This document shows, one piece after another, positions 47,568 through 57,320 of a stretch of 64,000 nucleotides of DNA; position 1 is the first letter of the stretch; each line of letters starts with the position of its first letter. Made by a program: the position numbers and the translations under genes. Source of the DNA: an uncultured bacterium (GTDB taxonomy: Bacteria > Hinthialibacterota > Hinthialibacteria > OLB16). Below the pieces are notes generated by a model that saw only the letters and a program-made list of their open reading frames with translations, had not been told where the DNA came from and searched no databases. The stretch is taken from the NCBI GenBank assembly GCA_964422415.1, contig CAYRBI010000008.1, positions 3,336 to 67,335 on the forward strand, written 5' to 3'.

Positions 47568-49739
47568 ATGAATCCCACACCCTGCCTGTTTGGTTTCGGA
47601 CTTCACAATCACCAGCCTGTCGGGAACTTCGAGTCCATCTTCGAGGAGGCTTATCAGAAGGCCTATCTCCCCTTCCTGGATGTCTTCGAGCAGCATGAGG
47701 GTATCCGGATCACACAGCACTTTACCGGCATCCTTCTGGATTGGTTCGAAAACCATCACCCGAAGTTCATAGACCGGATCGGGAAGTTGGTGGATGTAGG
47801 ACGCATCGAGCTGATGGGCGGAGGTTACTACGAGCCAATCTTGGTGATGTTGCCCAAGGGCGACAGCGGTGAGCAGCTGGAAGCCCTTAACGAAAGGATT
47901 CGTTCACGGTTCGGCCAGCGCCCCAAGGGGGCCTGGGTGGCCGAACGGATCTGGGAGCCCTCGTTGACCAGCCTGTACGCAGAGGCAGGTCTGGAGTATG
48001 TGGTTCTGGATGATGCTCACTTCAAAATGGCCGGGCTAAGAGAAGACCAGCTCACTGGTCCCTTCATGACCGAAGACCAGGGGTTAACCCTGACCGTCTT
48101 CCCCATCAGCCAGAAACTCCGCTACATCATTCCCTTCCACCAGGTTGAGGAGACGATTGAATACCTGAAATCTTTCCCGTCTGGCAAGGGGACACGCTGT
48201 GTCATCATGGCCGATGATGGTGAGAAATTCGGTATCTGGCCCGAGACCTACAAATCAGTGTATGAGGAGGAATGGCTGGAGGAGTTCTTCACCGCTCTGG
48301 AGAAGGAATCCAAATGGCTAGAGATGGTGACCTTCTCCGAGGCCCGTAATCGCTGTTCCTCACAGGGGTTGGTGTACCTGCCCACCGCTTCATACTCCGA
48401 GATGATGGACTGGGCTCTCCCCTGGGAAGAGGGACGTGCCATCGAGGATTTTCGTAAACATCTGCCGGAGAAGACCCGTCAGCGTTATGGACGATTCATC
48501 AAAGGCAGCTTCTGGCGCTCCTTCCTCACCAAGTACCGTGAAATTCAGCACCTTCACCGCAAGGTACTGTCAGTGAGCGAATCGATTCACAAACTGCCGG
48601 AGGATTCCCCCGCCAAGCAAGAGGCGCTCCGTTATCTATGGGCCGCTGAATGCAACTGCGGTTACTGGCATGGAGTCTTCGGCGGCATCTACCTCAACCA
48701 TATCCGCGCGGAGAACTACCACAACCTGATCCTGGCCGAGCAGGCTGTTCGTTCCGCCGGACAGAAAACCGGGCAGACCATCCATTTCCGCCATTGGGAC
48801 TTCTTCCGTGATGGTGGCGATGCTCTCGAAGTAACCACCCCCACCGCTCATCTCCTCTTCGATCTGGAGGATGATGGCTCGTTGGTGGAATGGGACTTCC
48901 TCCCCAAAGCTTGGAACCTGGTCAACACACTCTCGCGCCATCCAGAAACCTATCACCGTGACCTGCTTGAAATGGCCAATAAGCCCACCGAGGAGGGGCA
49001 TGCCGCCTCGATCCATGATCTCCACCGTACCAAGGAAAAGGGACTTGAACGCCTTCTGGTGTATGATCCTTACCGGCGGGGAGGAAATATACTTCACTTC
49101 CTGAAGCCAGGATTGGCGCTGGAGAAGTTCACCGCCAATCCCGCTTTGGATCTGCGCGAGAAACCCTCCGGGAAAGCCAAAGTACACTACGAGACCACCC
49201 CATCTGGGTGTGAAATCACTTTTTCCTCCGTGGAGAAGGTCAAGAACCACGCGGGAAGGATCTCCACTGTGGAGGTACAGCGCATCTGGACCTATGACTC
49301 CGTACGGGATGAGTGGATATTGGAGTTACGCTTACAAAACCAATCACTGGATGGAGTGACCTTCGATCTGGGGATGGAATTCGGCTGGTCGCTCAACGCG
49401 GGCGCCACCTATGACCGGTTTTACCGGATCGATGGCCAAGCCCCCGAGGACCCGAGCCTGGGAAGCGTAGGTGAAAGCTCTGGAGTAGGTTCAGTAAGCT
49501 TGACCGAAGATTGGTGGGGGATTCGGATCGAGTTTCAATTCGAGAAACGCGCCAAGGTATGGCGTTTCCCTATCGAGACCGTGTCAAGCTCGGAGGGTGG
49601 TTTTGAACGCACCTATCAGAGTAGTGTGGTCATTCCCTCCTGGCCGGTGACACTCACGCCGGGGGGTGATGTGGATGCGGTGTGGTCCACCCGGTTTCAT
49701 CTCAAGATACACAACCTTCCCCATGGGGGTGCTGCATGA
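47568..49739 (+). CDS. glycoside hydrolase family 57 alpha-glucan enzyme (amylase/4-alpha-glucanotransferase type)
   Basis: GH57 conserved regions: HNHQPVGNF, GRIELMGGGYYEPIL, WVAERIWEP (nucleophile Glu region), MADDGEKFG (acid/base Asp region). Confidence 0.85.
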   Translation: MNPTPCLFGFGLHNHQPVGNFESIFEEAYQKAYLPFLDVFEQHEGIRITQHFTGILLDWFENHHPKFIDRIGKLVDVGRIELMGGGYYEPILVMLPKGDSGEQLEALNERIRSRFGQRPKGAWVAERIWEPSLTSLYAEAGLEYVVLDDAHFKMAGLREDQLTGPFMTEDQGLTLTVFPISQKLRYIIPFHQVEETIEYLKSFPSGKGTRCVIMADDGEKFGIWPETYKSVYEEEWLEEFFTALEKESKWLEMVTFSEARNRCSSQGLVYLPTASYSEMMDWALPWEEGRAIEDFRKHLPEKTRQRYGRFIKGSFWRSFLTKYREIQHLHRKVLSVSESIHKLPEDSPAKQEALRYLWAAECNCGYWHGVFGGIYLNHIRAENYHNLILAEQAVRSAGQKTGQTIHFRHWDFFRDGGDALEVTTPTAHLLFDLEDDGSLVEWDFLPKAWNLVNTLSRHPETYHRDLLEMANKPTEEGHAASIHDLHRTKEKGLERLLVYDPYRRGGNILHFLKPGLALEKFTANPALDLREKPSGKAKVHYETTPSGCEITFSSVEKVKNHAGRISTVEVQRIWTYDSVRDEWILELRLQNQSLDGVTFDLGMEFGWSLNAGATYDRFYRIDGQAPEDPSLGSVGESSGVGSVSLTEDWWGIRIEFQFEKRAKVWRFPIETVSSSEGGFERTYQSSVVIPSWPVTLTPGGDVDAVWSTRFHLKIHNLPHGGAA

Positions 49740-49975
49740 ATATCGAGGCTTTGAAAGAGTCCTATCAGTGCCCTAAATGCAAGGGGAAGCATCCGCTTCT
49801 GACCGAGCACGCCATTCCCCGTGGCGGCCCGGCGAAGATCCCACTCCCGATTCTGGACCGCTATCTCTTCGTAACCTGCTCACTGTGCGGATACACAGAG
49901 ACTTACAATTTAAAGGTCATCGAGCGTGTCGAGGAAAAAGCCGGGCAAGCAGTGGCGCAGGAGGTCCGGCGGTAA
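49736..49975 (+). CDS. small zinc-ribbon protein
   Basis: ATGA overlap with the GH57 stop. CPKC ... CSLC four-Cys ribbon (YQCPKCKGKH ... FVTCSLCGYTE). Confidence 0.55.
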   Translation: MNIEALKESYQCPKCKGKHPLLTEHAIPRGGPAKIPLPILDRYLFVTCSLCGYTETYNLKVIERVEEKAGQAVAQEVRR

Positions 49976-50007
49976 AAACCATCTACCGGGGAGGATGAAT
50001 CGCGCCC

Positions 50008-51222
50008 TTACATGGACTTGCCCAGGTCCGTACCCTTCCAAGCGAACCAAACCGTACCCAATACTCCAAAGGCAAATGCCGTCAACAGGTTGACCGCCGG
50101 GCTGAGCATCCACAGGAAAGCGCCGCCAAAAGCAGCAATTGAAACCACTACATCACGGATCAGGTAGTAGAGACCAAACATCCCCGCTTTGCAGTCCTCC
50201 GGCGCTAAGTCCATGATGAGTGCTTTCCGCGTAGGCTCCCCAAACTCCTTGAGGCCCCGAAGAATAAAGGCTCCCACCAGCCACGTAAAGGAATGGCAGT
50301 AAAGGAGAACCAGAGGGAAACAGGTGAAAAAGAGAAAGGTGGCCACGACAAAGGGCTTCTTCGTGCTCCGGTCAGCCAGGTAAGCGACCGGAATATAGAT
50401 CAAGACAGCGATGGCCATCTCAATCGCGGTGAGTATTCCGAATTGGGAAGCGCTGATGGGATGGCGGATGGATTCCATGCACCAGATGACCACAAAGGCA
50501 TAGGGGATCTGCTCACAGAAACGCACCAGGATATCGGAAATCAACAGACTCCGGAGGGATGGAGCCATGCGTCCCAAAAGGCGGAGAGGATTAGCCTCGG
50601 GAGACTTATCTTCACCACGCTTGTTCCCATGATCATCCGGCAGATAGGTTTGTTGCACCCAAACCGCCACACCGGCCAGAAGCAATGCGATCACAAAAGC
50701 TAAACGTACTCCCGTCTGGGTCCCCCAGGTGTCGATACAGAAACCACCCACCAGAGGTCCGATAGCCATCGGAATCCGGCGCACCAGGGAGTGCATCGAC
50801 ACTCCCATCGTCCGCTTGTGCTTTGGAAGAACAGAAGACACTAACCCCATCGTCGCAGGAAGAGAGATGGCGGTCCAGGAGAGAAAAAGACAAGCCCCCA
50901 ATAGGACTGCCTCCCACCTTGGAATGAGAATGACCAATGCAAAACCAGTCATCGCCAGAAGGTTGAAGATCAGAAGCGCGCGCTTGGTCCCCAAGCGCTC
51001 AGCGAGATATCCGCCCGGAAAGGAGTACAAGGCCGAGAGAAAGTTGTCCAAGCCATTGAGAATCCCCACCGAGAGAATACCCCCGCCCAGGGCCAGGAGA
51101 TAAACCGGGAGAAACCTCTCGGCCATCTTCTCGCCCATACCCACCAGAATGCACATACAGAGCAGTCCGAGGATACTTTTTTGGAGAGCCAGAAAGCGAA
51201 GGATGGGAGCCGGCGAAAACAT
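50008..51222 (-). CDS. MFS transporter
   Basis: 404 aa, about 12 hydrophobic segments. GYLAERLGTKRAL matches the MFS loop 2-3 motif. Confidence 0.85.
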   Translation of the reverse strand: MFSPAPILRFLALQKSILGLLCMCILVGMGEKMAERFLPVYLLALGGGILSVGILNGLDNFLSALYSFPGGYLAERLGTKRALLIFNLLAMTGFALVILIPRWEAVLLGACLFLSWTAISLPATMGLVSSVLPKHKRTMGVSMHSLVRRIPMAIGPLVGGFCIDTWGTQTGVRLAFVIALLLAGVAVWVQQTYLPDDHGNKRGEDKSPEANPLRLLGRMAPSLRSLLISDILVRFCEQIPYAFVVIWCMESIRHPISASQFGILTAIEMAIAVLIYIPVAYLADRSTKKPFVVATFLFFTCFPLVLLYCHSFTWLVGAFILRGLKEFGEPTRKALIMDLAPEDCKAGMFGLYYLIRDVVVSIAAFGGAFLWMLSPAVNLLTAFAFGVLGTVWFAWKGTDLGKSM

Positions 51223-51276
51223 GGCGGTGAATCGGACCTATCCTATGAATGAATTTGAATAAGAAAGATACGCTTC

Positions 51277-52494
51277 TTATCCTTTACGGCTATTGTCATG
51301 TGAAACGAATGATTCCGCCATCCGCCGCCGGCGTCCGCCCTGCCCTACCCCGACCTCACGTCCAATCGCGGCCAGACGGTTCTTGAGGCACTCAGCACAG
51401 ATGATAGCGCTTTCATAAATGCAGGCTTTGTCTGGATAAATCTCATAGAGCACGCGGTACTTGGAGGGAGTCAGATTGGGCATGACCACATTCGCGCCAC
51501 AGGCCAAGCCTTTCTCGCGCCCCTCGGCCTTGTCGAGGGTGGCCAAGGCGGTGGTACTGGGGATGTTGGCCTCGGGACACACCAGCCGCGCCAGAGCCAC
51601 AACCTTGCAGGTCATGGTCACTGTGTTGGGCACCTGATCCGGTCCCAGAGATGATTCATCGTGAATGGCCGGCCTTCCAAAAATTGGAAGTTGCCGGGGC
51701 ACCGTAGATTCACGCTGCCGCGGGAACGACGGCTCCCCAAGGATACCGCCCGTTTCATTAAGAACTAAGCCTAGCTCACCCAGAGGGGTATCCGGGTGCC
51801 GCAGGAATGGCCCCATGCCAATCATGTCCAGGTCGAGGTCCCGGAAGGTCAGAATATCCTCCGCTAGGGACTCATAGGTCTGACCAGGAATTCCGACCAT
51901 CACCCCGCTGCCCACCTCATACCCTAGTTCACGCAAAAAACGCAGGATCATCATCCGGTCCGGAGCCCCAGCGGGTGTTGGATGGATACGCTCATACAAG
52001 GCGCGGTCCGAGGTCTCGAAACGCAGGAGGTAACGATTCGCACCAGCCTCTTTCCAGAGGTGGAGTTCGGACTCTGTCCTTTCACCCAGGCTGAGAGTCA
52101 CCGCGAGAGGCGTATTGGCCTTGATCCAGCGTACTACCTCCGCCATCCACTCCGCTGAAATTCCCGGGTCCTCGCCGGCTTGGAGTACAACGGTTCCGTA
52201 TCCCAGATCGACCGCGGTTCGCGCACAGTCCTGGATCTCCTCCATGCTCAGCCGGTAGCGTTCCAATCCACGGTGTCCCGCGCGCAATCCGCAATAAGCA
52301 CACTGACGTACACAGTGGTTGGAGATCTCAACCAAACCTCTCAGGTGGACCGCATCGCCCACATGGGCCTGGCGGACCGAATCCGCCCAGGACCACAACC
52401 GTTGTAACTCGGTTTCGTTCTCCTCATGCAGCCAGGCGAGTATGTCCTCGCGAGTAAGAGAGCGTGTTGACATCTCCATTTTTGTAAAGCTCAT
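51277..52494 (-). CDS. hydE: [FeFe]-hydrogenase maturase HydE (radical SAM) with a ~45-50-aa internal insertion
   Basis: CVRQCAYC CX3CX2C motif and BioB/HydE-like blocks (GIPGQT, GPFLRHPDTPL, NIPSTTAL, CGANVVMPN). Located in the hydG-hydF-hydE cluster. Confidence 0.8.
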   Translation of the reverse strand: MSFTKMEMSTRSLTREDILAWLHEENETELQRLWSWADSVRQAHVGDAVHLRGLVEISNHCVRQCAYCGLRAGHRGLERYRLSMEEIQDCARTAVDLGYGTVVLQAGEDPGISAEWMAEVVRWIKANTPLAVTLSLGERTESELHLWKEAGANRYLLRFETSDRALYERIHPTPAGAPDRMMILRFLRELGYEVGSGVMVGIPGQTYESLAEDILTFRDLDLDMIGMGPFLRHPDTPLGELGLVLNETGGILGEPSFPRQRESTVPRQLPIFGRPAIHDESSLGPDQVPNTVTMTCKVVALARLVCPEANIPSTTALATLDKAEGREKGLACGANVVMPNLTPSKYRVLYEIYPDKACIYESAIICAECLKNRLAAIGREVGVGQGGRRRRMAESFVSHDNSRKG

Positions 52495-53741
52495 GAATGG
52501 CTTCCCTTCATCCCCATGTGGGCTTGATAGAGATCCCGCGCCGCCGGGAAGGGTTGTAGAGCCCGCTCGAAGATCCCCAGGCTGTATGCGATCACAAGAC
52601 CATAATTTGAAATAGGGACACCCACCTCACGGCAGTGCAGAATCCGCGCCAGCATCTCGCGGCGGTTCAACATACACGCCCCGCAATGAATCACAAGTTT
52701 GTATTCCGCCAGGTCATCCGGGAAATCATGGCCTTGCACATGGGTGAACTCGAGCTTACCACCCACATATTGGGTCAACCATCTTGGGATCTTCACCCGC
52801 CCGATATCCTCGCCAATGGGATGATGCGAACAGGCCTCGGATACTAGAACCCGGTCCCCGGTCTGCAAGCTGTCCACCGCCAAGGCTCCCTCAACCTGAG
52901 TGAGGAGATCGCCCTTGAAGCGTGAGAACAGGATCGAGAAACTGGTCACGGGCACCCCAGGTGGAGTATCCGCAACCACCTTGAGGAAAGCCTGGGAATC
53001 GGTTACCACCAAATCCGGTGGTACCGTGAAACGGCCGAGGATATGACGCAGTTCCCGTTCCTTGACCACGGCGCAACAGGCATCGTTATCCAACAGATCA
53101 CGGATGGCCTGTACCTGTGGAAGGATGAGCCGGCCCTTGGGGGCCTCTTTGTCGATGGGCACCACCAGCACCGCCAACCCGCCGGGGGGAACCAAGTCTC
53201 CCAGGATCGAGGGGTTGTTCAAAAGCTCCGCCGGAACACTTTCTAAAAGAGCTTGACGGAGATCTGGAATTCCACGCCCCGTATTGGCGGAGGTATAGAC
53301 TACCCGGACTTCTTGGTTCTGGAGACGATTGATGAGATTCGCGGCCGGTTGTCCGAGATCGCATTTATTAAAAACCACGATGGTGGCGATACCCGCCTCT
53401 AAAAACACCTTGAGCAGGTTCTCCTCGAAGGTGCCCCACTGATCCGCCACAGCCACCAGCAGGGCCACCTCGGTCCGCTCGATGACCTTACGGGTCTTCT
53501 GCACCCGCATCTCACCGAGTGCCCCCTCATCATCGATTCCCGCCGTGTCGATGAACAAGACCGGACCGAGCGGAAGCAATTCCATCGGTTTCTCTACCGG
53601 GTCGGTGGTGGTCCCGGCCTGCTCGGAGACAATGGACACCTCCTGGCGGGTGATGGCATTGAGCAGGCTCGATTTCCCCACATTGCGCCGTCCAAAGATA
53701 CCGATATGCAGCCGCATCGAACGCGGAGTGGTTTGCATCAT
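52491..53741 (-). CDS. hydF: [FeFe]-hydrogenase maturation GTPase HydF
   Basis: G1 GRRNVGKSS, G3 DTAG, G4 NKCD. C-terminal cluster motif CSHH ... HCGAC. 4-nt overlap with hydE. Confidence 0.9.
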   Translation of the reverse strand: MMQTTPRSMRLHIGIFGRRNVGKSSLLNAITRQEVSIVSEQAGTTTDPVEKPMELLPLGPVLFIDTAGIDDEGALGEMRVQKTRKVIERTEVALLVAVADQWGTFEENLLKVFLEAGIATIVVFNKCDLGQPAANLINRLQNQEVRVVYTSANTGRGIPDLRQALLESVPAELLNNPSILGDLVPPGGLAVLVVPIDKEAPKGRLILPQVQAIRDLLDNDACCAVVKERELRHILGRFTVPPDLVVTDSQAFLKVVADTPPGVPVTSFSILFSRFKGDLLTQVEGALAVDSLQTGDRVLVSEACSHHPIGEDIGRVKIPRWLTQYVGGKLEFTHVQGHDFPDDLAEYKLVIHCGACMLNRREMLARILHCREVGVPISNYGLVIAYSLGIFERALQPFPAARDLYQAHMGMKGSHS

Positions 53742-53783
53742 GTCTTATTCCTCATATATCCAGGCTACGCGGTGATACCCAAC

Positions 53784-55286
53784 TCACTCTCCAGCCCCCC
53801 TCTCCCATGAAGCGAGAGGAGTATCCTCTCCCTCTGCTTGTGGGAGAGGGGGGCTGGAGGGGTGAGGTGGGACAGGTGTGCCCAAACGGCAGACCGCCTC
53901 AGGAGAAATCAAGTTCTCAAACTCCTTTTGCGTCATCAGGCCCTTTTCCAGGACCACTTCGCGGATTGTTTTCTTCATCTTGCCTGCTTCCCACGCCACC
54001 TCGCAAGCTTGTTCATACCCCAGCACCGGCAGCAGGGCAGTTACAGCTGCGGTGGAACTATCCACATGAGCTCCACAACGGCCCTCGTTGGCTTCGATCC
54101 CCTCGACACACAACCGCCGCAGAATACCGCAGCCCCGTGCCAGGAGCTCCAGACTCTCCAGAAGACATTCGGCGATCAACGGCATGAAGGGATTCAATTC
54201 AAGGTTGCCAGAGGCACAGGCCAAAGTAAGGGTTGCATCATTGCCGATGACCTTCATCGCAACCTGGCTGGCCGCCTCGGGGATCACCGGGTTGACTTTG
54301 CCTGGCATGATCGAGGAGCCAGCCTGCCGCGCGGGGAGCTGGATCTCCCCCAAGCCTGCATCAGGCCCCGAGGAAAGCAGCCGCAGATCGGTACAGATTT
54401 TTATCAGGGAGGCCGCGCAGGCCTTCAGAATCCCGGAGACCTCCACAAAGACATCCGCATTCTGGGTGGCGTCGATCAAATTCTCCGCACGGGCAAATCC
54501 GATTCCAGTGATTTCCCGGAGGTGGTCCACCACACGGAAGATGTACTCACGAGGCGCGGTAAGGCCGGTCCCAATGGCGGTTCCCCCAAGGTTGACCACC
54601 CGCAGCCGCTCCTCGCATTTGTAGATCCGCCAGCGATCCCGGTTCAATGCTTCAGCATACGCGGACATTGTACGCCCCAACGTGGTGAGGACCGCATCCT
54701 GCATCTCGGTCCGTCCCACCTTGACCACATGGGCGAAACGCTTCTCGGCGGATTGAAAGGCTTCCTGGAGCAGTACGGTCTGTTCTTCGAGGTTACGGAC
54801 CAGGCGGATTGCGGCCAGTTTGAGCGCCGTAGGATAGGTGTCATTCGTGGACTGGTGAAGATTGAGATCATCGAGGGGTGAAACCCGTTGATATCGACCA
54901 TGGGGTTCACCAAGTAATTCTAGTGCGCGGTTGGCCAGCACCTCGTTAACATTCATGTTGGTACTAGTCCCCGCTCCGCCTTGAAGAGCATCCACGGTAA
55001 CATGCTCATCCAACACCCCCTCGGCCATCTCCTGGCAGGCGCGCAGGATGGCATCCACTTTGGATGGATCATCGGGCCACACGCCCAGGTCCCGGTTGGT
55101 CACCGCACAAGCCAGCTTCACCGTTCCGTAGGCGTGGACCAACTCGCGGTGGACATACCGCCGCGCCAGGGGGAAATTCTCCAACGCACGGAGTGTGTGG
55201 ATCCCATGGAGAGCCCCCGCTGGAACCAAGATCTCTCCGAGAAGGTCGCGTTCGATACGGAAAGGGGTGTCATCGTGGGGTGACAT
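53784..55286 (-). CDS. aspA: aspartate ammonia-lyase / class II fumarase family protein
   Basis: Signature GSSIMPGKVNPVIPE plus TNMNVNEVLANRA and HQSTNDTYPTA. The last ~25 codons run into palindromic repeat 53791-53857. Confidence 0.9.
   Translation of the reverse strand: MSPHDDTPFRIERDLLGEILVPAGALHGIHTLRALENFPLARRYVHRELVHAYGTVKLACAVTNRDLGVWPDDPSKVDAILRACQEMAEGVLDEHVTVDALQGGAGTSTNMNVNEVLANRALELLGEPHGRYQRVSPLDDLNLHQSTNDTYPTALKLAAIRLVRNLEEQTVLLQEAFQSAEKRFAHVVKVGRTEMQDAVLTTLGRTMSAYAEALNRDRWRIYKCEERLRVVNLGGTAIGTGLTAPREYIFRVVDHLREITGIGFARAENLIDATQNADVFVEVSGILKACAASLIKICTDLRLLSSGPDAGLGEIQLPARQAGSSIMPGKVNPVIPEAASQVAMKVIGNDATLTLACASGNLELNPFMPLIAECLLESLELLARGCGILRRLCVEGIEANEGRCGAHVDSSTAAVTALLPVLGYEQACEVAWEAGKMKKTIREVVLEKGLMTQKEFENLISPEAVCRLGTPVPPHPSSPPLPQAEGEDTPLASWERGAGE
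53791..53857. repeat. nested GC-rich palindrome (family B) overlapping the aspA-like 3' end
   Basis: ccagcccccctctccca (53791-53807) pairs with tgggagaggggggctgg (53841-53857). An inner gagagga/tcctctc hairpin lies between the arms. Confidence 0.8.
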
Positions 55287-55449
55287 ATGAGGTTGATTTT
55301 ACGATAAATCCGAAGACAAGGCAGTGGTTGGTTTCTCAACTCCCCCCAAAAAAAGGGGGCTTACATACAGGCCAATTCTGTTGTTGAAAAGGTTGAGGCC
55401 AACACTTACACTTTCCCAAAAGACCTTCAGAAACGAGGCACACCCAAAA

Positions 55450-55842
55450 ATGAGTGCCGAAAGAAATCCCATTCCCCGGTCTTTCCATCTCACTCCTGAT
55501 GCGCGCCTATCCTCCCTGGAAAATCTACAACCAAGATGGGATGGGGAAGACGCCGAAGTTCCCAATTCCTATTCGATGGATCTCGCGGGATGTGTGCTTA
55601 CACATCTTGACGAGAGAAGGATTCATCCCACCGCCATCATGCCCTGCATTGACGGAGGGGTGAGTATCGCCATCCATGTTGAGAAGCAAAAGATCCTTAT
55701 CGAGTGTTACAACACCAAAGTCCTGGCGGTATCTCTTGTCTCAACAGACCTTCAGATGAATGACAATTTCTCTCTTACAGATCCCACGGAAGCAGAGGTT
55801 TCCGAGGGCATCCAGCGTATTCATGATTTCCTTGTGATCTGA
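55450..55842 (+). CDS. hypothetical protein on the opposite strand inside the hyd cluster
   Basis: 130-aa ORF from an internal ATG (MSAERNPIPRS...). No recognisable motifs. It fills the gap between the aspA-like gene and hydG. Confidence 0.35.
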   Translation: MSAERNPIPRSFHLTPDARLSSLENLQPRWDGEDAEVPNSYSMDLAGCVLTHLDERRIHPTAIMPCIDGGVSIAIHVEKQKILIECYNTKVLAVSLVSTDLQMNDNFSLTDPTEAEVSEGIQRIHDFLVI

Positions 55843-55880
55843 TGGACCAGGGGCGGGGGTCTCCCCCCGCCCCACTTCTC

Positions 55881-57296
55881 CTAAACGTAAACATCTCTCT
55901 TCCCCGCCTTGACCTGCGCAAGGAGTTTCTCGGAGGTGATCCGGGTTTTTTCCGGCATGGTGGCCACCGACTCGGCGATGCACTTTTCACCAGCCCGTTT
56001 TGTTTCCGGATCGGCATAGTCCTCAAGATACTCCTGAAAGGTTGAGACGGCGTTGGGATCGCAGTGATCCTTGATCTCGCCGGGTTTAGCAAGATCCATA
56101 AAATCCCCACCAGTACGTCCCAAGCGGTAGCAGGCAGTGCAGAACGAGGGGATGTACCCCAGTGATGAGATGTCACGGATGACCTCGGGCAGAGAACGGT
56201 GATCGCCGAGGGAGAACTGGGCTTCATCGGCACGGTCTTCCCCTTCCGCATATCCGCCTGGATTGGTCCGGCTCCCCGCCGAAATTTGCGACACCCCCAA
56301 TGCGAAGGTTTCACGCCGGATGTTAGCGGTCTCGCGGGTCGACATGATGATACCCGTATATGGCACGGTCAGCCGCAGGATCGCCACGATCTTGCGGAAG
56401 TCAATGTCAGATACCGGATGCGGCGGATGCGTGGCGATATCCGATCCGGTTGCGGGCTCCATGCGTGGAACACTGATTGTATGCGGTCCCACACCGAAGA
56501 CCTGTTCCAGATGCTGGATATGCTGCATCAGCGCGAGAATCTCAAAACGCCAATCGAACAAGCCGAAGAGGATCCCCACGCCAACATCATCGATTCCCGC
56601 CTGCATGGCACGGTCCATCCCGGTCACACGCCAATCGTAATCGGCCTTCTTCCCTTTCAGGTGGACCCGTTGGTAGGTCTCCCGGTGATAGGTCTCCTGG
56701 AAGAGCTGGAAGGTTCCAATCTTGGCGGCCTTGAGACGCCGGAAATCCTCGACACTCATGGGCGCCAGATTAGCGTTGACACGGCGGATCTCACCATGCT
56801 CATGCTTGGTGGCGTAGACGGTAGCGATTGAATTGAGAATATAATCGAGACCCTCCGCCGGGTAGGACTCACCCGCCACCACCAAGATCCGCTTGTGCCC
56901 TTGATCGATGAGGAACCGCACCTCGCGAGCAATCTCCTCCTGGTTCAACGCACGCCGGTGGACTTCTCTGTTCCTGGCGCGGAAGGCGCAATAGGAGCAC
57001 TCATTACTACACAGGTTGGAGATGTAGAGAGGTGCGAACAACACCAGCCTACGGCCATAAATGAGCTCCTTGACCTCCTTGGCGGTACGAAACATCTCAC
57101 CCAGAAGATCTGGATCACTCACCGCCATTAACAACGCCGTTTCCTCTTGCGATAGACCCTTGAGATCCCGCGCTTTCGTGAGAATCTCCTGGACCCGGTG
57201 CTCATCGGGGCGCTTATTGGCGTTGAGGACCGACTCGATCCTGCGCTCATCGATAAAGGTGCACTTATACTCTTCAATATCCACTGCCATTCTCAT
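55881..57296 (-). CDS. hydG: [FeFe]-hydrogenase maturase HydG (radical SAM tyrosine lyase)
   Basis: CSNECSYC radical SAM motif and C-terminal CTAC-x22-C auxiliary cluster motif. Confidence 0.9.
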   Translation of the reverse strand: MRMAVDIEEYKCTFIDERRIESVLNANKRPDEHRVQEILTKARDLKGLSQEETALLMAVSDPDLLGEMFRTAKEVKELIYGRRLVLFAPLYISNLCSNECSYCAFRARNREVHRRALNQEEIAREVRFLIDQGHKRILVVAGESYPAEGLDYILNSIATVYATKHEHGEIRRVNANLAPMSVEDFRRLKAAKIGTFQLFQETYHRETYQRVHLKGKKADYDWRVTGMDRAMQAGIDDVGVGILFGLFDWRFEILALMQHIQHLEQVFGVGPHTISVPRMEPATGSDIATHPPHPVSDIDFRKIVAILRLTVPYTGIIMSTRETANIRRETFALGVSQISAGSRTNPGGYAEGEDRADEAQFSLGDHRSLPEVIRDISSLGYIPSFCTACYRLGRTGGDFMDLAKPGEIKDHCDPNAVSTFQEYLEDYADPETKRAGEKCIAESVATMPEKTRITSEKLLAQVKAGKRDVYV

Positions 57297-57320
57297 TTCT
57301 TCCGGTTACTTCAACCGGTC

